Assembly: GCA_048882505.1 (NCBI GenBank)
Contig: JBHLRO010000002.1
Coordinates: 270,001 to 302,000, forward strand
Source of the DNA: Candidatus Thorarchaeota archaeon
Lineage (GTDB): Archaea > Asgardarchaeota > Heimdallarchaeia > Hodarchaeales > Hodarchaeaceae
DNA length: 32,000 nt
Direction: 5' to 3'
In this document: piece by piece, positions 26,301 through 32,000 of the stretch
How the letters are laid out: every line of letters begins with the position of its first letter
Numbering within the stretch: position 1 is the stretch's first letter
Notes under the pieces: generated by a model
What the model saw: the letters and a program-made list of their open reading frames with translations, nothing else
What the model was told of the DNA's origin: nothing
Database searches by the model: none
Program-made: the position numbers and the translations under genes

Positions 26301-26909
26301 AACTACCTCAATCAATATCATAATCGAAACTTACGCCAAGATAATCGGTTGGATTTTTCCGCTATCAGTATGTTTCAGAAATTATCAACTATTACTCACG
26401 TGGGACAACTTACCGAGGCTTTAATTCGTTTGAATCAAGTTTCAAGACAGGTGAGCGATACTATTAAGGTTGTGGAAGCAGACCGCTCAATTGCTCTTCA
26501 GGCTGAACTGAGCAAGTTGAAATACTACTCTAGTATTCAAGAAGTCTTTTCTCAATTTCCTGAGGAATCTTCAGATTCAATCTACCCTCTTTCTGAGCTC
26601 ATCAAGGCAAGAAAGGAACTTACACATTCTCAAAGTTTGAAACGGATTTTAGAACTGCTCCCCTTTATTGACCAAAAGCGTGTGGAATGGATCAAGGTAT
26701 CAAACCAATTGAATCGTTGGCATCGAGCCATTAGGATGTTTCGTCCTCGATATGTACCCACCGAAAACCCAGAGGAGAATCTTAGGCAGTACAAAGACGT
26801 CAAAAAGAAAATTAAGGAGACATACCCCCAAAACAACGTGATTCAAGCCTATTTATCCCTTGTAATGAGGCTATTTATTGAAAATAAGACTAGCATTAAT
26901 TTAGATTAG
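23352..26909 (+). CDS. Large all-alpha helical-repeat / coiled-coil protein, unknown function
   Basis: 1185-aa ORF rich in E/L/I/K/R, with helices punctuated by Pro/Gly and no enzyme motif. The true start may be the Met at 23397 or later. Confidence 0.8.
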   Translation: MPLISCNSNLVELVVMSSDIGMSHVSKEQLHEIGGLATELRSLDPMVQIISPLNEAQKLVTEIERLRKDMPSAGFFKKRGIKKNLAQKEGKYRELTENLTENLLTGYRKIYFDLANNIKEIAKFIPQETDNIRALQIPSFNPQQILAFSANVLKTHNQISEILRGKNIAILVHNREILDLYTKFVDFDEEKVQVTRRTTKNAVHVMGVSDLLELYNQLETESAYLKQRRKGTEGKIQVAIIQMSSELQQHLDTVTSIGLASALGDKINLLRDQVQEIKTNAEDSSSVESLILWEKGLNELNSEFLNSLRTYEISLKAETEEKIGRILQISGKQGLESSLASAPEINVSTSDLSEIIRDIEKLRSWQQNQVLATRDLISTAALMNAGKTIKAMMIPIPEEFAKELRIIDKEAKKAQDMSSWMGLVQRYFDLMAMLADACQQYFYRLLENPYIQEAINVSEGPQIPIIRDLKDLAPSELVAKAREIKDWETRLVAFFSKPAQQSLRQTLLNLFDSRESLQKLLSEPTIQQIETQRKQKSMEDKEIRELVREIDVLTRLNATIRNEILSAIDAEINPIYNQLTILETIPPKLKAHVPVLALDDLKALRDDITIAAEEGLPQLLDEYEKIPVWKYKIATRIRENLKSIPFPLIPIETRFDLREKRNEIIGTIDQLSEDGNMEAMIQEYIGFLRTIEEYKNEILVELKKQIENLEEVDKRLYRLLKSRRTSPTFSTEREFDVLDYSEALTEYWQLNAYIERRVATLTEQMEREIHSHIQDYSKLSPQYAEFFEEPISLMQERTEEIKTHKDIVQLVNIYESYSLESLQLAKNSLAKLHQNLHNWLRVSLPRINEITPVDPAVFAAERKIADFEVEDVSHERLANKLRQLIFLYDTEIVAVLLAQAVVESRKILKNVNDLKDMGISIISHVGGYIERFSQVLVKNQEDVHIKEITEVFTEIDNLQNDPAACREIRSMGDQIIQSIDIAINYLNQYHNRNLRQDNRLDFSAISMFQKLSTITHVGQLTEALIRLNQVSRQVSDTIKVVEADRSIALQAELSKLKYYSSIQEVFSQFPEESSDSIYPLSELIKARKELTHSQSLKRILELLPFIDQKRVEWIKVSNQLNRWHRAIRMFRPRYVPTENPEENLRQYKDVKKKIKETYPQNNVIQAYLSLVMRLFIENKTSINLD

Positions 26910-26931
26910 ACCTTGTCAAGGTAGGTGAACT

Positions 26932-28329
26932 GTGATGGCATTAGAAGGAATAGAATCTGAAATATTTGCAATAGGAATTGGTGAATGCGGTAGTAACCTG
27001 CTTGGAAGTTATTTAGCTCGATCGAACCGCGGAGAGCTTCCACATCGGATACGAGAGTATTTGATTATGAACACGGATCGTGGAGACCTATTAAAAGCAC
27101 GTAAGAAGTATTCAATTTCCTCAAAGAGAACGCTTCTCTATTCTGATGCCGAAATCGGCGTTGGCGGAAAATTCGCTGCTGGCTACGAGGCCGTTCTAAA
27201 CTCGGAAGATATCATTCTCAACCAGCTCCAATCGCTTGGTTATGAGGGTATTTCTGGATTCATCCTTTTGACATCGTTTGGAGGGGGTACTGGCTGTGGG
27301 GGAACTCCTGCTTTAATTCGATTACTTCGCAAACGATTTGCCGAACAGGAGAAAAGGAAAATATTTATCTACGTCTTTGGAGTTCTACCTTTTCTAAATC
27401 AGTCATCAGAAGCTGTTAATAGTGTTTGGGCGTTATCCAAACTCCTACGCCTGCAATTAGAGAAAGATAATATGGGTCCAGATCTCATCCTCCTGCTTTC
27501 CAATCGAACAATGCTTGAGCGTGTTCTAAGTATGCAACGGGGAGAAGCCGTTGATTTGTTAAGTCGTCAGACCGGAGAGGATCTCGCAAATCTATCTACT
27601 CCAAAAGTATCTACGCCCATACAGACCACCTCCCCTTTGGCCGGGATTTTGGGAGGTGTAAATTCAAATCAAATACCTCATATGGAAGAGGCTTTTGTCG
27701 AGTTAGTAAATCCCTTGGCCTTGGAGTCTATCGCGGAGATGTTATCACCTGGAGTACCTGAAGCAGGTAAAGAAGTACTTCCAACCACTGATATTGGAGA
27801 CTTCGCTCTAAAACTCGATAGTGTGGTTGTCCCTGCCATGTTTGATGATCTTGCAATCTTTCCTGAGGTTGGTGGAGTTGGTTCACAGCTATCAACGGCT
27901 GTTGAATATACAGCGGGTCATGGCAGTTTAACGGAAATGGGTACTAATCCATCGGCTTCATCAGTTTTTTCTGTACTCTCTGGACCACGTGAGATTGCTC
28001 GTGTGGAATTTGATCCCCTACTTAAAAAAGCGCTATCACCTTTCCTTGCCAAAGGGGCCAGTATTTCTCCCACTTATTGTGCCTATGATGATGATGACGC
28101 AAGGGCATCTTTACTCTTGCTTTTTGGGCTTCCTCGGATCCCAGAACTTTATGATATTTTGCAGGAAGCTAAAGCACTGATCGATCTCCATAGCGGCAGC
28201 TCGGAACTCAAACAACATTGGTTTCAAAGATCGAAAGGTACCACAAAGGGTGAACTAGTTTCTGCAGTAGATGATTTAGAAAAGCTTTTCGGCTATTATA
28301 TTACTCCTGACCAAGGAAATCTCGAATGA
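26932..28329 (+). CDS. Tubulin/FtsZ superfamily GTPase (divergent CetZ/tubulin-like)
   Basis: T1 IGIGECGSN (26980), MNTD, T3 GVGG, signature GGGTGCG (27280-27300), GVLP, LLSN, T7-like TTDIGDF (27784-27804) and GLPRIPEL. An AGGTGA ribosome-binding site lies upstream. Confidence 0.88.
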   Translation: MMALEGIESEIFAIGIGECGSNLLGSYLARSNRGELPHRIREYLIMNTDRGDLLKARKKYSISSKRTLLYSDAEIGVGGKFAAGYEAVLNSEDIILNQLQSLGYEGISGFILLTSFGGGTGCGGTPALIRLLRKRFAEQEKRKIFIYVFGVLPFLNQSSEAVNSVWALSKLLRLQLEKDNMGPDLILLLSNRTMLERVLSMQRGEAVDLLSRQTGEDLANLSTPKVSTPIQTTSPLAGILGGVNSNQIPHMEEAFVELVNPLALESIAEMLSPGVPEAGKEVLPTTDIGDFALKLDSVVVPAMFDDLAIFPEVGGVGSQLSTAVEYTAGHGSLTEMGTNPSASSVFSVLSGPREIARVEFDPLLKKALSPFLAKGASISPTYCAYDDDDARASLLLLFGLPRIPELYDILQEAKALIDLHSGSSELKQHWFQRSKGTTKGELVSAVDDLEKLFGYYITPDQGNLE

Positions 28330-28333
28330 TTAA

Positions 28334-29410
28334 GTGGATGCATACAAGTTGGACGAAAATCACCAACAAGGAAAGGATAAATCTACATCCTCCTCTATAA
28401 CCCCGTCAACCTCTGATTTCGAATCTCAACAATTAATCAGATACCCTGAGTTTTGGAATTCCCGTGGAAACATCGGTGAAAAAATTAACATTATTACGGG
28501 GTTAGTTCTTCTTCTGCTCCGACTAGTTACGACACTTATCCAGTACGTAGGAGAATCCAATACAATTCCTAAATCGACACGCAGTGAGATCAAACTGGTT
28601 GAAGATTATGTTCACCAATTGTTGGTACAACCCGTTTCAGGGCTTGAACTGCTCGAAAAGATAGAATCACTTGAAAACGAGCTAAAAAGAATCCAGGAGA
28701 CATTTATCGAAAACACAACCAAGGCATCTGCCCATGTAGAAGCTACTACACCAACCGATAGTAATGAGATTGGGATTTTTCTCAGGAAACCGCGAACAAT
28801 AGACAAATGGGGTATCATTGAATCGATCGAATCGTTAATCAGCTCATATTCTGCTTTATCACATTTGGGTTTTCCGAACTACTATCTTGAGGCCTGTAAG
28901 GATCTTCTATACTATGAGATTCAATCCCAATACTCCCGTTCCGACGATTCTGAAATTTTACAAATTCCTACTGCTCACTTACGAACCATCATCAGTAAAT
29001 TGCTGCGTGAAGCTCCGTCTGCTCGATTGCTTCAGAATCTAAAAAAAATGTTTCCTGACCTTCAGGAAACCGAAGTCGTACCCTCAGATTTGGATCAGAT
29101 TCGTGCTATTATTTCGCGCTATTATATTGGCATTTCGCAGTTTTTGAAAGAGGAAAGAACCTTGCAAGATTCCCAACGTGCTTCACGAATTCTTCTTCAA
29201 AATTTCAATCTTGGAGGAGGTGATCTTGAATCACGTATTCCGAATGTGTCGTTTAATGTCGCTAAGGATATTTATGCCGACATCGAACGGGCAACTGGAA
29301 ATGATTTTAAGCAATACATTCTTTCTGAGACTTTAGTGATGATTAGCAGATTGAACGACTCCCTTCTTCATAACAAGCGCTACATTGAATTACTTCGCCG
29401 ACTTAAATAA
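28334..29410 (+). CDS. Hypothetical helical protein, co-oriented 4 bp after the tubulin-like gene
   Basis: 358-aa ORF with a Ser/Thr-rich N-terminus, one long hydrophobic helix (INIITGLVLLLLRLVTTLIQYV) and coiled-coil-like segments. Confidence 0.72.
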   Translation: MDAYKLDENHQQGKDKSTSSSITPSTSDFESQQLIRYPEFWNSRGNIGEKINIITGLVLLLLRLVTTLIQYVGESNTIPKSTRSEIKLVEDYVHQLLVQPVSGLELLEKIESLENELKRIQETFIENTTKASAHVEATTPTDSNEIGIFLRKPRTIDKWGIIESIESLISSYSALSHLGFPNYYLEACKDLLYYEIQSQYSRSDDSEILQIPTAHLRTIISKLLREAPSARLLQNLKKMFPDLQETEVVPSDLDQIRAIISRYYIGISQFLKEERTLQDSQRASRILLQNFNLGGGDLESRIPNVSFNVAKDIYADIERATGNDFKQYILSETLVMISRLNDSLLHNKRYIELLRRLK

Positions 29411-29712
29411 ATGTCATTTTAGTAGTGAATAATCATTTACTCTCGGCTTGTGATTGGTTAATTTAGGAGAAAGAGGTTTCCCTATAATAGCAGAATACAA
29501 AATTATATTTATTGGGTAGATTTCTTATATCAAGACCGTGATATTGAAATTACTAAGAACCTGAGCAAAAACCACCTCTTGACGCTTACGGACGATTTCC
29601 TCTACAGATGTAAACCTTCCGTACAAGGAGCAAATCCGAAAGGTTCTTTTAGGATTGTAAAGTATAATGAATTCCAGACTTCAAAGCAACATTTATGGCG
29701 TGAGGTTCGGTC

Positions 29713-30471
29713 ATGGGAATCGAAGCAGGTATTAAATCAATAGAAGAAATGACAGTTGCGATTATAGACGCTATTCGGCAAATCCAAAATACGTCCCACC
29801 AGAATCTTAGTATTGAAACAATCCAGAGTGTGGAACAACTCCCTATTCTACTTAGAACTCTTCAAAGTTCCTTGGATGAATTTCAAAATACATTCACAGG
29901 TGCCACTGAAGAGACAAAAAAAGATCTCAAGTTTATCAAGGTGAGCTACCTTGAAGATGTCGTTGGACCAATCCGTAAACTCGCTCAAGAGATCGAAGCT
30001 ACCGTCACAGGCTCTACCGGGCAGATTAAAAATCTTTACGAAGTGAGTGTGAGTAATTTTGTCCCAATTTCTGATAAGCTCGAAATCATCGAGGGCCGAT
30101 TGAACGCATTAATCGAAAACCAAACTGATCAACTGGCTGCCGTGGCAGATCTTCGTGATCGTGTACATGCAATTATTCAAGTCGAGTTAGTTGCCTTAAA
30201 AGATCGCATTACCATATATCTGGAAGCGAGTGTAAATGAACTGAAAACCTCAGTGACCGAGCGGCTGGCCATGCAAGATGAATCATTGAACAAATTAACA
30301 AATATTATAACCCAATTAACCCAAACGATTGCAGCCCTCCCTGATTTATTAAGCCAGGCAATTAACAATGCTGTGGAGGAAAAGGTTGTTGCAGAACTGG
30401 CCTCAATGAAAAACGACGTTAGAAAAATGACAGCTTTTATCATAAAAACTCAACGAGACAAAGAATCATAG
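29713..30471 (+). CDS. Coiled-coil / amphipathic-helix protein, unknown function
   Basis: 252-aa ORF with continuous heptad-like hydrophobic periodicity and a GAGGT ribosome-binding site upstream. Confidence 0.72.
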   Translation: MGIEAGIKSIEEMTVAIIDAIRQIQNTSHQNLSIETIQSVEQLPILLRTLQSSLDEFQNTFTGATEETKKDLKFIKVSYLEDVVGPIRKLAQEIEATVTGSTGQIKNLYEVSVSNFVPISDKLEIIEGRLNALIENQTDQLAAVADLRDRVHAIIQVELVALKDRITIYLEASVNELKTSVTERLAMQDESLNKLTNIITQLTQTIAALPDLLSQAINNAVEEKVVAELASMKNDVRKMTAFIIKTQRDKES

Positions 30472-30506
30472 GTAAATGGAGCGTCTAGTCAAGTGTGATA
30501 GATCGT

Positions 30507-31268
30507 TTAGATCGTTATTCGCTCGAAGTTATAGGCATCGAACATACCTTTTTGGGTTAAATACCTAAATACAGTCAAAATTTGGCCACCTCGATCTTCC
30601 CCGAACCGTTCCAAACAATCTTTGAACGAAATCATACTGTTCTTGTCCGACATCGCCTCGATCAAATCATCAAACTCCTCAGGGGTGATATCGGATAATC
30701 GTTCTTGGAATGGTGGAAAGTCTCGGTAAAAAGAATACAGTTTCCCCGCAAAGGGGGTTATTTCAAAGAGTAACGTTGTTGGGTATTTGAGATATACATT
30801 CAGAGGATCAAATTGATCATGTAGAATTAGACTCATTTTATCGCGGAAAAACCAAGCCGAGATTAGAGCTCCAATACCAGAGAAGGCTCCTTTACGGAAG
30901 ATAGGGTCACCAAGTTCTTCAGCATAAATTTCTTCTATTTCACGAACAAATGTCCGTAGGTCATAACGTATCTTTAATTCATCACGTTCTTTGTTATCTT
31001 TATCGAAGACAACAATTGCAATGGCCTTGATCCGTACACCTTCCTCCAAAACCATTTCCGCCCCCTCCGCATCCTTCTCGCCGAATTCAATACCCTTTAG
31101 TGACGATTCTGACATTACTTCCTTCCCAAACGTAGTTAATGCCATGATTAGCGATCCCACCATGTCTTGGTCCTGTTCAGTTGCGCCAAAGGACTGGTTA
31201 TAGAGAGTGAACCCCTCATCTGTGATTAAGTAGAAAGCATTCAGGCGTACCATTAGATCGCAGCTCAT
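30507..31268 (-). CDS. Longin-like domain protein with C-terminal winged-helix-like region
   Basis: LNAFYLITDEGFTLYNQSF / DMVGSLIMALTTFGKEV / LKGIEFGE / IKAIAIV / LRTFVREIEEIY is a typical longin pattern. The C-terminal ILTVFRYLTQKGMF resembles a wHTH. Confidence 0.75.
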   Translation of the reverse strand: MSCDLMVRLNAFYLITDEGFTLYNQSFGATEQDQDMVGSLIMALTTFGKEVMSESSLKGIEFGEKDAEGAEMVLEEGVRIKAIAIVVFDKDNKERDELKIRYDLRTFVREIEEIYAEELGDPIFRKGAFSGIGALISAWFFRDKMSLILHDQFDPLNVYLKYPTTLLFEITPFAGKLYSFYRDFPPFQERLSDITPEEFDDLIEAMSDKNSMISFKDCLERFGEDRGGQILTVFRYLTQKGMFDAYNFERITI

Positions 31269-31338
31269 GAATGAAAGTTTAATTCAGTTTAGAGAAGTAT
31301 CTTCAGCTTATTAAAAAATTGCCATTCACGCGATCCTA

Positions 31339-32000
31339 ATGATAACCACGGCTTATATCCTCGCTGCTGGTAAGGGGGTTCGATTGTACCCGTTTTCTAA
31401 GGTATATCCGAAATCACTACTCCCATTGATTAATCGGCCGATCCTATTTCATTCTATTGAAAGACTTCTAAAAGCCGGAATCATTAATATAGGTATTGTA
31501 GTTCCTACTGAAAGCGCCCAGATCATATCACAAGTTCAAGGAACCTTTCCTGATCTTGAAGTCACATGGATAGTTCAAAAAACGCCACTAGGTACAGCAA
31601 ATGCAGTTATCCAGGTTGAAAAGCATCTAAAAGACGAAAATTTCATTGTAATTGCCGGAGATTCACTTTTCTCTGTCTCCTTTTTACAAACGTTAAGTAA
31701 AGTACATTTGGATGACCAAAATTGGATCACGCTTTCCCTTGAAAAAATGGATTTTGAACTTATGAGGTACTCCTCGACAGTAGATTATCGAGATGGACGT
31801 ATTTGCGGAGTACGTGAAAAACCTCAAACCTTCGATGACACATTCAGTGATCTGAACTCTGCAGCGTGCTACGCTTTTTCTCATTCGATTTTCCCATATT
31901 TGAAACGTGCTCGAAAATCCACACGCAATGAATACGAACTTACATCAGTAATAAATGAGATCATACGAGGCGCTCATCCCGTTGGGGGTGTTAAAACAGA
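31339..32000 (+). CDS. Sugar-phosphate nucleotidyltransferase (RmlA/GlmU family), 3' truncated by window edge; missing from the ORF track
   Basis: Translated by hand: MITTAYILAAGKGVRLYPFSKVYPKSLLPLINRP...QKTPLGTANA...AGD...VREKP...RNEYELT. There is no stop before the window end. Confidence 0.9.
   Translation, partial: MITTAYILAAGKGVRLYPFSKVYPKSLLPLINRPILFHSIERLLKAGIINIGIVVPTESAQIISQVQGTFPDLEVTWIVQKTPLGTANAVIQVEKHLKDENFIVIAGDSLFSVSFLQTLSKVHLDDQNWITLSLEKMDFELMRYSSTVDYRDGRICGVREKPQTFDDTFSDLNSAACYAFSHSIFPYLKRARKSTRNEYELTSVINEIIRGAHPVGGVKT

Noticed and set aside
31693-31884. 63-aa minus-strand ORF
   Set aside because: It is antisense to the real, stop-less nucleotidyltransferase ORF that starts at 31339.
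1-32000. CRISPR arrays, tRNA/rRNA genes, transposases or integrases
   Set aside because: No regularly spaced direct repeats, cloverleaf motifs, rRNA-like sequence or DDE/tyrosine-recombinase motifs were seen by eye.

Overview
Gene-dense archaeal window, most likely from an Asgard archaeon (inferred from the load of eukaryotic-signature genes). Trafficking/signalling-type genes: a Rab-like GTPase, an Arf-like GTPase with a fused longin-like domain, three roadblock/LC7 proteins, two longin+winged-helix proteins, a folliculin/SMCR8-like longin protein, a Zn-ribbon-Yip1 membrane protein and Cdc48. Housekeeping genes: RibD-C reductase, TrpB2, an aminotransferase, Maf, EndoQ, NreA, ribose-1,5-bisphosphate isomerase, a CinA-like protein, a D-aminoacylase-like protein and a truncated sugar nucleotidyltransferase. 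There is also an unannotated ~300-nt SRP RNA (10291-10592). The best candidate for an undescribed system is the three-gene unit at 23352-29410: a 1185-aa helical protein with an apparent ~67-aa periodicity, a divergent CetZ/tubulin-like GTPase with a eukaryotic-tubulin-like C-terminal extension, and a 358-aa helical protein. Two GC-rich structured elements flank a small Zn-finger gene (5812-5923, 6231-6335), and perfect palindromes sit in the cdc48 and wHTH promoter regions. All family calls come from motif recognition by eye; no database searches were run. No CRISPR array, tRNA, rRNA or transposase was seen.
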